Origin: Octopus vulgaris
Taxonomy: Eukaryota
Direction of reading: 5' to 3'
NCBI GenBank assembly: GCA_951406725.2
Contig: OX597830.1
Location: 33,294,001-33,358,000 of the forward strand
DNA length: 64,000 nt
Shown here: positions 52,293-64,000 of the stretch, piece after piece
Numbering within the stretch: position 1 is the first letter of the stretch
Layout: the number at the start of each line of letters is the position of its first letter
Made by a program: the position numbers and the translations under genes
The notes under the pieces: generated by a model
Seen by the model: the letters and a program-made list of their open reading frames with translations, nothing else
Database searches by the model: none
Told to the model about the DNA's origin: nothing

Positions 52293-53102
52293 TATATATG
52301 TATATATAATAATAAATATTAGGGAATAAATCCAAAATTACAGGGAAAAAATCAGATTTAGGATTAAATCCAATTTTATAGTAAAATATTATATAATATT
52401 AATTCGAGACAAAACCACTATTTTGCAAATCAAACAAGGAAAGACTTATTCAATACATAAAAAATTTTAATATAAAGTAAATAAATCGCCACTACAATTG
52501 TTTCATGTCTTCAAATGACATTCGTCAGGTGGATTTCCGATCTAAAAATATCAATATTTTAAAATATAAGCTTAAAATAATATAAATTTATCAATGAAAT
52601 AATATAAATATATATAATCTATATATAATCTATATATAACCTATATATAATCAACATATAATCTAAAATAAACCCTATAAACAATTGAATATAAAGAAAC
52701 CTATTATTAAAGTTCTCATATTTAAAGATGTACAAAAAACAAAAAACAAAAAACAAAAAACAAAATAAAAATAAACTATATATACACACATGCTCATACA
52801 CATATATCTAAGTATAAATAACCATATCTAAATACATACACTAACTCACACACCTATATATACAACTCTATACATACACACAAAAACATCTAGGCAATGA
52901 TAAATTAATAAATATACACACATACATATACATATATATGATGGGCTTCTTTCAGTTTCTGTCTACCAAATCCACTCACAAGGCTTTGGACAGCCTGAGG
53001 CTAAAGTAGAAGACATTTGCTGAAGGTGCCATGCAGTGGGACTGAACCCGGAACCATGTGGTTGGTAAGCAAGCTACTTACCACACAGCCACTCCTATGC
53101 CT
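52032..53102 (-). mobile_element. SINE A with a ~610-bp AT-rich insert (~52305-52915) in its microsatellite
   Basis: Tail 52032-52240 and head 52940-53102 flank the insert. Confidence 0.88.
52489..52532 (-). ncRNA. Type I hammerhead ribozyme motif, fully canonical
   Basis: Minus CCAC-CTGACGA-ATGTC-ATTTGAA-GACAT-GAAAC-AATT-GTA-GTGG. Confidence 0.85.
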
Positions 53103-53334
53103 ATATGCTTTGTGCATATAGTAGAAGTGATTATGTACATTATATCACTGGATAGAAAAAATAGGGACCAGCTTGAATAGTGTATTGGGATTTCATTAAT
53201 GGCCAGCTATCCCTTTGATCCATTTACATTTTATCATATAAGAAGATACCCAGCGTTTGATGAAATCCCAACACAAAATTGAACTTTGTTCTGAGCCGAT
53301 TCCACTTTTTCAACCCACAAAAATATTGCATATC

Positions 53335-53731
53335 TTTTACTCTTTTACTTGTTTCAGTCATTTGACTGCGGCCATGCTGCAGCACCGCCTTTTAGTCGAG
53401 CAAATCGACCCCGGGACTTATTCTTAGTAAGCCCAGTACTTATTCTATCGGTCTCTTTTGCCGAACCACTAAGTGACGGGGACGTAAACACACCAGCATC
53501 GGTTGTCAAGCAATGCTAGACACAGACACACAAACACACACACACATATATATATATACATATATACGACAGGCTTCTTTCAGTTTCCATCTACCAAATC
53601 CACTCACAAGGCATTGGTCGGCCCGGGGCTATAGCAGAAGACAGTTGCCCAAGATGCCACGCAGTGGGACTGAACCCGGAACCATGTGGTAGGTTAGCAA
53701 GCTACTTACCACACAGCCACTCCTGCGCCTA
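53335..53731 (-). mobile_element. SINE A, young copy
   Basis: Consensus-like. Confidence 0.9.
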
Positions 53732-54269
53732 TATAAACAAGATATTTCCACCTATCCATTATATATAGTGTCAGCTAAAATCTGAAGATATATTCTGCAG
53801 AAAAGTGCAACATTGAAATGAAATACTTTTAATGTACAAGTAATATATTTATCAAAATACTTTATATACAATTTTTATCCACAGAACACAATTATATTGA
53901 ATTACTTGTTTTCTTTCTTATCATACATCGGTCTCTTTATTTTCTACTTCCTCCTTTACTGTACTTCTTCCTCTAATATTTCATTTACTGTTGAAACCTC
54001 TAGTCTTCTCCACAAACTCATCATTCATTCACATCTGCTGCCTCTTTCGTATAGAGTCTAATAATAAATAATTTTTAATGATTGATTTACAGATGTTCAC
54101 ATGTGTGCCCTAGGTTCATTGCAACATCTCCTCTGCTTAGCTACAACAGTCTCTGTTGTCAGCACATAGTGGATGTAATAAAGCCTAACTTGGAGCTGTG
54201 TTGTAAGAACATAACGTCCATCATTTGCTATGCAACTTTGGCCAACTCATCTCACAAAGAAAAGTTGAT

Positions 54270-54640
54270 ATTGGTTTCAAATTTTGGCTCAAGGCTAACA
54301 ACTTCAGTGGCAGGGTTAAGTTGATTACATTGACCCTAATGATCAACTGGTACTTATTTTATCGACCCTGAAAGGATGAAAGATAAAACCCTGCTGTACT
54401 CTTTCACCACAAATTTCTGTCACTCTTTCTTTCTGTTTCTGTTTCTGTTTCTGTTGTACCTGTATTTCAAAGGGCCAGCTTTGTCACACTCTGTGCCATG
54501 CTGAATCTCCCTGAGAACTACATTAAGGGTACACGTGTCTGTGGAGTGCTCAGCCACTTGCACGTTAATTTCACGAGCAGGCTGTTCCGTTGATTGGATC
54601 AACTGGAACACTTGTTGTCATAACCGACGGAGTGCCACGA
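54270..54640. mobile_element. Nin-SINE fragment (-) fused to the 3' part of SINE E (+)
   Basis: ATCGACCCTGAAAGGATGAAAG then CCCTGCTGTACTCTTTCACCAC (reverse complement of ~22460-22485). Confidence 0.65.
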
Positions 54641-55202
54641 TATTACTGCAGAAATGCACTAAACTATATTTTAATTAATTCTGAAAATAATGAAGAATTT
54701 ATCAGAATAACTATGTCGTTAAGTAGGTGTTTGGAACATAAACTGTCATGAAATTTTTGATGGAAGGATGTAATTTAAATTACTTTAGAACATGAATTTC
54801 ATATCATAGAAACAGGAGCAGTCTCAGATAGTCTCTAAATTAGAATCTTCCATGAATATTTCATGTAAATTTGTATTCTAAACATCAGCTAAATAATGAT
54901 GAATTTATTTTGCTAATTACTTCATTATTATCAAAATAAATTAAAACAAAGACTTTGCTTAATACAAATTTGTGTTAAGCATATAAAATCTGTTATATGT
55001 ATATATGGATAATTATGGAATTAAATGCTATGATTTAACATAAATATTTAAGTATATACATGTGCATATATTTAAATATATAAAAATGTATACTTATATA
55101 TTAAAATAAAAACTTAGTGAAGCTTAAACCCATTGATGTTTGATGTTATGTTTGCACTCCTTTACATACACGTAGGAGAGCAGATGACCGAAGCAATAGA
55201 AT

Positions 55203-55597
55203 GGACATGGCTGTGTGGTAAGAAGCTTGCCTCCTAACAACATGGTTTTGGGTTCAGTCCTACTGTGTAGGGCAAATACCTTCAGCTAAGGCTTCGGGTA
55301 GACCAAAGCTTTGTGAATGAATTTGATTGATGGAAACTGAAAGAAGCTCATTATGTATGTGTGTGTGTGTGTGTGTCTGTGTGTCTGTGTTCATCCTCCA
55401 TCACTGCTTGACAACTGGTGTTGGACTATTTACTCCGCTGTAACTCAGCGGTTCAGCAAAAGAGACTGATAGAATGAGTATGAGGCTTAGAAAAGAAAAA
55501 ATTAAATACTGGGTTCGATTCATTCGACAAAAGTTCTTCAAGGAGATGCTCCAGCATAGACACAGCCTAAGGACTGAAGCAAATTAAAGAAAAAGAT
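55203..55597 (+). mobile_element. SINE A, diverged
   Basis: Head, (TG)n and tail present. Confidence 0.8.
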
Positions 55598-55800
55598 AAC
55601 AGAACCAGCTGTGATGTTGGCATTTCATATTCTGTAAGCAATTTTTTACTTAATCTGTGGCACAATACCGGACACCAAATTAGCCCAGTCCATCCAGCTG
55701 AAATTAGACACAAGGATTGGCAAACCTCTGCTTTGCGGACTGTGGCAAAATAATAAATCTTGAAAGAGGTGCATTGGCTTGTAAAATCATTTATAAATCA

Positions 55801-56200
55801 AAGGTAGTGAGCTGGTAGAATCGTTATAGTGCTGAGAAAAATGCATAACAACATTTCTTCGGAATTTATGTTCAGAGTTCAAATACCGCTTGGGCCACAT
55901 CTGTCTTTGTCTTTCATCCTTTCAGAGTCAATATAAAAGCTACCAACTGAACACAGGGGTTGATGTAATCGATATACCACCTCTGCTGAAATCACTGGCC
56001 TCATGCCAAATCTTGGAGCCAGCCAGTGGCATGTAAAAAGCACCCATTATAACCTCGGGGTGGTTGGCATTAGGAAGGGCATCCAGCCATAGAAACTATG
56101 CCAAATCAGACTGGAACCTGGTGCAGCTCTCTAGCTTACCTATTCCAGTCAAGCTATCTAACCCATGCCAGCATGGAAAGCAAATATTAATGATGATGAT
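55801..56200 (+). mobile_element. Nin-SINE followed by Meta-SINE
   Basis: GGTAGTGAGCTGGTAGAA head; GGTTGGCATTAGGAAGGGCATCCAG. Confidence 0.75.
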
Positions 56201-56423
56201 GATCATCATCATCAGGCACAAGTCTTTCTGCGTGTTTCAAGAATCTGCATCAATAACCAACTTTATATTTCAGACTTATTATGACCTTCCTCCGAGGGTG
56301 ACTTTGCCTTTCGTACTTTCGGGGTTGATAAATTAAGTACCAGTTGTGTACTGGGGTCGATCTAATCGACTGACCCCCTCCCCAGAAATTTTGGGCATTG
56401 TGCCTAGAGTAGAAAAGAATTAT

Positions 56424-56566
56424 GACCTGGGATGAAGTGGTGAAGCATGACCTTCAAACATTAGGCCTCACTGAGGCAATGACTAGTGACCGAGACTTTT
56501 GGAAATATGCTGTGCTTGAGAAGACCTGGTAAGCCAAATGAGACCATAACCTCGTGGCCTATGCCA
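56424..56566 (+). mobile_element. 5'-truncated RTE-type LINE end between ~108-bp direct repeats
   Basis: Reads TWDEVVKHDLQTLGLTEAMTSDRDFWKYAVLEKTW*; repeats 56321-56428 and 56567-56676. Confidence 0.7.
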
Positions 56567-57537
56567 GGGGTTGATAAATTAAGTACCATTTGTGTACTGG
56601 GGTCAATCTAATTGACTGGCCCACCCTCCCGAAAAATTTTGGGCATTGTGCCTAAAGTAGAAAAGAATTATGACCTTAATTGATCTTAATTTGCTTCATC
56701 ATTAGATCTTGTCATTATTTCTGATTACTGTTTACTCATTATAGTTGGTATGCAGCAGCAGCAGCTTCTTCTAAAAAGAAAAAAATTCATTCTGCAGAAA
56801 CCATTCTCTTCTTAGTGGATATTTTCTTTGACTACAAAGGATCACATGGCAATGGCAGGAAGCATTTCTGTTATTTCCCAAGACCTTACAAAGTCTCATA
56901 TAGTATATTAGTATATTTTATTTCATTAACCCTTTTACTTCTAAAACCACCCAAGAAGTTTCCTAGTTCTATGATAGAAACTTCCTATTTGAAGTGATCT
57001 AAAAGCCATTCATCAAATTTTCATGTAAATTTATGTTCCAAACACCGGCTAAATAATGACCAAGTTAATTTACTAAATTTACAGTAATTTCTAAAAGTAA
57101 TTTAACAAAGGCAATCATCATCATTATGATGAACATTATCATCATCATCGTTGTCATCATTATCATTATCGTTGGCCTTATCGTTGTCATTACCGTCATT
57201 GCCACCATCACTATCACCACCACCACCCACCATTATCATCATGATTCCTCCTCCTCCTTATCATCGTCATCATCGTCATCATCCTTTAACATCCACTCTT
57301 TTCCATGCTTGCATGGGTCAGGTGGAATTCATTGAGGCAGATTTTTTCCACAGCTGGTTACCTTTCCTGTTGCCAATGCTTACCTGTTCCCAAGCAGAGT
57401 AATATTTCCCACAGACAGACGGATTTTCCACGGAAGACTGGAAAGATGCAACATTACTTTTATGACAAGAATGCTCGTTTATACTTTCATGTGATGTTAA
57501 GATAAGGCTACAATTGACACACAGACACACATACTTA

Positions 57538-57711
57538 TCAGGGGTGCTAAAAGAGAATGGGTAGGATCAGTAAATTATGATTTTATTCAACATATTTCAC
57601 TCTCAGGTTCACACACCTATTGCAGTGATCCTTGTAAAAGAACTCACAATATTGGGCCTCCAACCCAGCCTTGCCAGATACCCTTAAAGCCAGGAACTTT
57701 TCAGCACCCAC
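57538..57711. mobile_element. Mariner-type MITE remnant
   Basis: GGGGTGCTAAAAG ... AGGAACTTTTCAGCACCC degenerate TIRs. Confidence 0.5.
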
Positions 57712-57732
57712 TTCTATATGTATATATATGCA

Positions 57733-57795
<63 letters not shown>

Positions 57796-57924
57796 TTATC
57801 TATCAGTTTGCCTGTCTGTCTGTCTGTCTGCCAGTCTGTGTATGTGTCTCTCTCTTTTTCTCTCTCTCTAAATGTATATATGTATGTATATATATATGTA
57901 TATATATATATAAGTATATATATA

Positions 57925-58382
57925 TGTTTGTGTGTGTGTCTGTGTTTGTTACCCCACCATCGCTTGTCAACCGATATTGGTGTGCTTACATCCCCGTAAC
58001 TAAGCAGTTTGGCAAAAGGAACCAATAGAATAAGTACCAGTCTTACAAAAAATAAGTCCTGGGGTCAATTTGTTGAACTAAAAGTGGTGCTCCAGCATGG
58101 CTGTAGTCAAATGACTGAAACAAGTAAAAGAATAAAAGAATATCTAAAAGAATGTATCTATCTATCTATCTATATATATATATATATATATATATCATCA
58201 TCATCATCATTTAACGTCCGCTTTCCATGCTGGCATGGGTTGGATGGTTTGACTGAGGACTGGTGAGCCAGAGGCTGCACCAGGCTCAGTCTGGTCTGGC
58301 TAAGTTTCTACAGCTGGATACTCTTCCTAACGCCTACCACTCCAAGAGTGCAGTGGGTGCATTTTATGTGCCATTGGCATGA
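57925..58382. mobile_element. SINE A 3' half (+) and Meta-SINE (-)
   Basis: Family matches as above. Confidence 0.8.
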
Positions 58383-58556
58383 GTATATATATATATATAT
58401 ATATATATAAGTTGCCTGCCCTTTTACTTATATACTATATATACTGAACTCTACAGTAGTTCCCGATGCTAAAAGTCATATTTACATACCGAAATCTACT
58501 GGTAAATAATTGTTGGTTGTCTGAAAAACCATTGAAAAAATTATTTACCCTTTTAT

Positions 58557-58587
<31 letters not shown>

Positions 58588-58907
58588 CGTATGTAGATAT
58601 ATATATATATATGTATGTATATATCTATATATATAGATATATATAGATATATATATATAGTCGAAATTTACAGAAAAACAAGAGACAAAGACAGGTGTAT
58701 AAATAACAAGCAGGTGTATTAGTTAGAGACTCGAGAAGGTGAGGAAGTCTTTTATGTTTTGAGCCAACGCTCTTCAACAGAAAGGAACGCAAAGAAATAA
58801 ACGGAGAGGGAATAAAAAGTACTAGTGGATTTAACAGTCAAGCATGGCGACTGTTTGAGAAAAAAACAGGTTTGATAGGAGAGGTGGAAAGAAGGGGAAA
58901 ATATACA

Positions 58908-59160
58908 TATCATCATCATCATCATCATCATCATCGTTTAACGTCCGTTTTCCGCGCTAGCACGGGTTGGACGGTTTCGACCGGGGTCTGGGGAGCTCGG
59001 GACTGCCCCAGGCTCCAGTCTAGTCTGGCAGTGTTTCTACAGCTGGATGCCCTTCCTAACGCCAACCACTCCGCGAGTGTAGTGGGTGTTTTTTACGTGC
59101 CACCTGCACAGGTGCCAGAGGGGTCTGGCATCGGCCACGTTCGGATGGTGCTTTTTTATG
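58908..59160 (-). mobile_element. Meta-domain SINE (same subfamily as 45586)
   Basis: CCGCGCTAGCACGGGTTGGACGG diagnostic shared with 45626. Confidence 0.85.
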
Positions 59161-60184
59161 TGGGGGGGGGATGCAGAAATATATAGGGGAGCACCAGTGG
59201 GGAGGGGTGGTTCAGAGAAATGATGACAGGTTCTAGGCAAGTAGAACGTAGGATATCAAGAGAGGGTAATGCATGGTGAAATAGCGTGTTGAAGAGGGGG
59301 TTCGAAGAGTAGACACCTATAATGGTGGTGGGAGAAGCGACATCCGGTATAGATGGAACAAAAATATAGAGATATCCGGTATTGGTGGTGGGGGTGGGCA
59401 AGGGCGGGTGCACCGGGAATATGCGAAGGTTGAACTTTAAAGAGAAACGGGCGGGAATGGCGATGTTTTTAGGGTGGCATGTAGAAAGAAAAGGAAAGCA
59501 AAGCAGATTGGTGGTTATAAGTTCAAAACATTTAAACGGTAGACAAATGTATGTATGTATGTATGAAAAAAGAAGGGAGAAATCGTAGCCTGCTCATGGA
59601 CATCGCTGTAAGCCAGGGGAAGAAATGATAGTGAATGGTGGAGATCGAATTAAAGGGAATATGCAAAGGTTGAACTTTTAGAGAAACGGGCGGGAATGGC
59701 GATGTTTTTAGGGTGGCATATATATATATATATATATATATACATACAAGTTTGAGAAGCAAGCTCTGTGCCTACAATATAATAACAAAAGTGTTAAAGG
59801 AAGTGAAGCTACAACAAATGGTCATGGTGACACATAAACTCAGAGAAAATTTTCAAAACTATACCTGGGTTTCTATCTCTGTATGCAATCAGCCTATGTT
59901 TGAAAATCTGTGCGTACCTGTACAATGACATGTCATCGTTTTCTTTGTAAACTAGAGACTGATTTCTAGTTTACCAGCTCTAAAATTCATTGCTTTTCTG
60001 TCATTATTACACTTGTGAAATACATGACCATCACACATCGTTCCAATCCTTCATCTTTCTGCTGAAAAATCTCAGGCACTATGCCAACTTGTGAAGGATA
60101 TAAGTAATTTATTTCTGTATTGTTTGTCCATATGTATAGGAATGCATATATACACACACACACATACACATATATATATATGCA

Positions 60185-60397
60185 AAATGTTGATGTTGAT
60201 GATGATAATGTTGATGATGATGTTAGTGATGATGATACTGGTGATGATGATAATGCTACTGATGATAATGATGACGATGCTGACGACGATGATGATGATG
60301 GCAATAATGATGGCGATGATGACAACAAAGACGATGACGACAACACGACGACGACAACAACAACAACAACAACAGCAATGATGATGATGATGATGAT
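60185..60397. repeat. (GAT/GAC/AAC)n field
   Basis: Directly visible. Confidence 0.9.
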
Positions 60398-61553
60398 ATA
60401 TAAAAGCTGTCAGATGAAGAATCCCCCAAAGTGTTGTTGAATTTATTCTGTTAAGCCAAAATCTGCTTCCACTTCATCAGTTTTGCTACGTTAAAAGATC
60501 TCACATGGAGATGTATTTCTGGCTGTTTGAATGTACCAGCTGTACCGAAATCTAAGTGGCTGCACCTTACCTTCAATTAAATACTTTGTTTGTCCTTATT
60601 TTCTTCAGCAAACCACACTTATATGCATGAATATTAAAAGGATGCCAAAGTAATTATTTCGCTTGGCATTTCTATCCATTCCTTTTCAGCTCTGTCTGAT
60701 ATTTTATGAGGAGCCATTTCAGTTAAGTTCCATTTTTATTAGTTCTAATCCACCATTCCAATTATCTCTTTTAAAGAACAAGCATCTCTTTCTCTTCTTT
60801 CCCGATTTTTCTACCCACCTGCCACCCACATCCTCTGTCATTTCTCTTTTACTTCAATTTCTTTCCTTCATGTGATGAAGAATACATCAACTCAGTGAAG
60901 ATAATCCAACATTTCTTACAAATCTTAATATACAATATCATAAAAGAATCAGCCATATCTGACTCGCGCACATATTACAACAAGGTTGACTGCAATTCTC
61001 GACAATTCAGTTAATCTATCATGGACCTATGAGACTACAAACTTTTCCAAACAAGTAGCATATCAATAACACTGTTGCCAAGTGGGGGCCATGCTATGGA
61101 ATGACAGAGCTGTATATTTTCCTACTAATACCTTTCTTTTTCAAGATGCTAGAAGAATATCTAAAGAGAAGGAGAGTGGGGTGAGAAGTGGGTATAGATG
61201 ATAATTGAGAATGACACTTAGCTCACCGTGTGCTCTTACTTAATCACTGCTGAAGCTAGCCACTAACCGCAGTGTCAACAAGAGGAAAAGGATTCAGAAA
61301 ATTAATCTGAAAACCGTGAAAGTTTATCAACAGAAGATTTCTTTGAATGTATAAGCAAATAAATACCTTTGAAATTTTCTGTCAAAATCTAGCTTATGTT
61401 ATGCATAAACGTACACCCGCTTGCGTGTGCATGCACACACTGATACAGGCACACACTCACGCACACACAAACATGTCTAAATGTATAACAGTTTTATATA
61501 TAAATGTGTGTATGTGTGTGTGTGTAACTTACATGTGTGCACATACATACAAA

Positions 61554-61611
<58 letters not shown>

Positions 61612-61810
61612 CAGACACAGACAGACAGATGACCAGATTCATATATAACATATATACATATATGCATTTTTATATATATATATATACATGCATACATACA
61701 CACACATACATAGTATATGTGAATGTGCGTGTGTGTGTGTGTGTATGATTTTGATTTTGATGATTTTTCCAGTTTCAGCTAGTGAGCTGTGGCCATGCTG
61801 GGGTACCGCC

Positions 61811-61843
<33 letters not shown>

Positions 61844-62352
61844 TATTTGTATATATATATATATACATACCATACACACACATACACATATATATAACTA
61901 TATATCTATATATGTATATACACACATATATGTATATATTTTGTGTGTGTGTGTGTGTGTATTTGTGCATGTGTGAGTGTGTGCATGTTTGTGCCTGTGT
62001 ATGTGTGCATACTATACGTATATAGCCAAAACTTCTCAAATGCTAATGAGGTAACCTCTAAGATATTTCACTAGCTACAAACCATAACTATGTCTCCTTG
62101 AAATTACACACTACTGTCTTAAAAAAACAGAAGAATGCATCTGAGAATACCAGTTGGGGTAAACTATACTCAGATGATTCAAAGGAATATGGTCATTACA
62201 GGAATGTCTATGCTAATGGGACTGTTAAATGATGGCTGAACTTGAGCTAACATAGTAATACATATACCTCTACATAGTTATATGCTTTTCCCTCTCCATA
62301 AATGCAAATATACACATACATATATATATGTATATAAATAGATATATGTATG

Positions 62353-62432
<80 letters not shown>

Positions 62433-62591
62433 GAATATTAGTAAAAAACACCTTTTATCAATTCAAAATGAACAATTAAATTACACCATCTAGAAAATTA
62501 CATATAATAGAAAAGTTAAAATTAAATAACAATTAAAAAGTAAAGATTAAGTAAATTACAAAAATAGTATAATGTATATAATAGGTAGAAA

Positions 62592-62678
62592 AACGACACA
62601 TGTTTCGCTGCTATATTTAAGAAATGATTATAGTATTAGAGAAATCACTTGCATATAAATATAGTCGCTCATCAGGTT
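62592..62678 (-). ncRNA. Type I hammerhead motif with extended helix II
   Basis: Minus AAC-CTGATGA-GC..CTATATTTA...TAAATATAG..GC-GAAAC-ATGT-GTC-GTT. Confidence 0.7.
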
Positions 62679-62721
62679 AAAAATAAAATAGAACAATAAA
62701 ATAGTTAATTAATAAATATAC

Positions 62722-62784
<63 letters not shown>

Positions 62785-63004
62785 GTACAAAGTAAGATAG
62801 GGGTTATGAGGGTAACCCACTATGGGATATCAGTTATCCAATATATTTTCATGGCATTATTTTCATGGTATTATTAATTTGCATATTGATGTATATTGTT
62901 TTGTTCGATTTTCATGTTCCTATTTATATAATTAATAAATAATATGAAATTGCAATATATGTAAGTTGATGATCAAAATGAATTTGTTCCTCCATTTTAT
63001 TATT

Positions 63005-63063
<59 letters not shown>

Positions 63064-63159
63064 CAAGAGAAATCTCAGCAAAAAACCAAAGTGTAAAAAA
63101 CAACTTTGGTCTTTTGCTGAGTTTTTTTTCTTGAGAACACATTCTTCATGGAAAATGGT

Positions 63160-63387
63160 GAGTTGACGTTTATATCTAGCATAACGGCTGTCCACTTTTA
63201 ATGGTCAGTCTTCTAAATTTTATATGTAAAAAATTTTTAATCTTCGGATTTTTTAAAAATATGCTAGGCCACTGGTTTTAATTGATTAATATCAATTTCT
63301 ACCCTTATTTAATTTGATATATATATATATACACACACATATATATATACATACATATATATATATATATGTGTGTGTGTGTGTATG

Positions 63388-63437
<50 letters not shown>

Positions 63438-63824
63438 TATATTTATATATGTATATGTGTATATATATGCATACAAGTGGCTGTGTGGTAAGTAGCTTGC
63501 TTATCAACCACATGGTTCTGGGTTCAGTCTCACTGCGTGGCACCTTGGGTAAGTGTCTTCTACTATAGTCTCGGGTTGACCAAATCCTTGTGAGTGGATT
63601 TGATAGACGGAAACTGAAAGAAGCCCGTCGTATATATATATATATATATACATATATACATAGCAGATCTACTTCTAGCATAATGGCTGTCCACGTAGTA
63701 GTCATCCCTCTTATATGCATGTAGTATAATTTTTCTGAATCTTCAGATTTTTTATATGCTAGACCACTGATTTTAAATTGATATTAATCAAATTAATATT
63801 CAATTTTTCACCCGTATTATTTTA

Positions 63825-63830
<6 letters not shown>
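63160..63830. repeat. Two direct copies of an AT-rich repeat flanking (TA)n and a SINE A head (63477-63632)
   Basis: TCTAGCATAA(C/T)GGCTGTCCAC ... ATATGCTAG(G/A)CCACTG at 63175-63275 and 63674-63770. Confidence 0.7.
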
Positions 63831-63860
<30 letters not shown>

Positions 63861-63863
<3 letters not shown>

Positions 63864-64000
63864 GGTGCGGAGAATAAACTGTCAACTAAATTATGCAAAG
63901 ATGAAAATAACACAGACATCTCATTTTAACAGATATATTTACCAAAATTACATTAAAATATTTTGAAATGCTAAAGAGTAAATTTATTCAATAAAATCGC
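63861..64000. mobile_element. Probable Tc1/mariner end, cut by the window edge
   Basis: TA|CAGGGTG start directly after (TA)n. Confidence 0.4.

Noticed and set aside
60420-61100. Possible integrase/transposase relic or exon on the minus strand
   Set aside because: Only a faint SPCEIF-like motif, interrupted by stops; not supportable by eye.

Overview
AT-rich, repeat-saturated eukaryotic DNA with no host protein-coding gene that I can support; almost every ORF in the track is translated microsatellite or SINE sequence. The SINE repertoire looks like that of an octopus-type cephalopod (from recall, not a database search): a tRNA/CORE-like SINE with a central (TA/TG)n tract, a Nin-domain SINE, a Meta-domain SINE ending in (GAT)n, and two more tRNA-headed SINEs. 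Other mobile elements are Helitron and Helentron non-autonomous copies, decayed pogo and mariner transposases, a piggyBac-type MITE, hAT-type MITEs, RTE fragments and the 3' end of an RLE-type non-LTR retrotransposon. The main signal that standard annotation would miss is about 16 minimal type I hammerhead ribozyme motifs (CUGANGA...GAAA...NUH). They sit in roughly ten unrelated non-coding insertions, on both strands, with different but self-pairing helix I/II sequences and palindromic helix III. Many sit next to (TA)n tracts or in fold-back structures, as known for Penelope-like element terminal repeats. One family joins a tRNA-like Pol III promoter (A and B boxes) to a hammerhead and an inverted terminal copy, suggesting a ribozyme-carrying SINE moved by a Penelope-type mechanism. 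Boundaries were read by eye and are approximate unless a junction is quoted.
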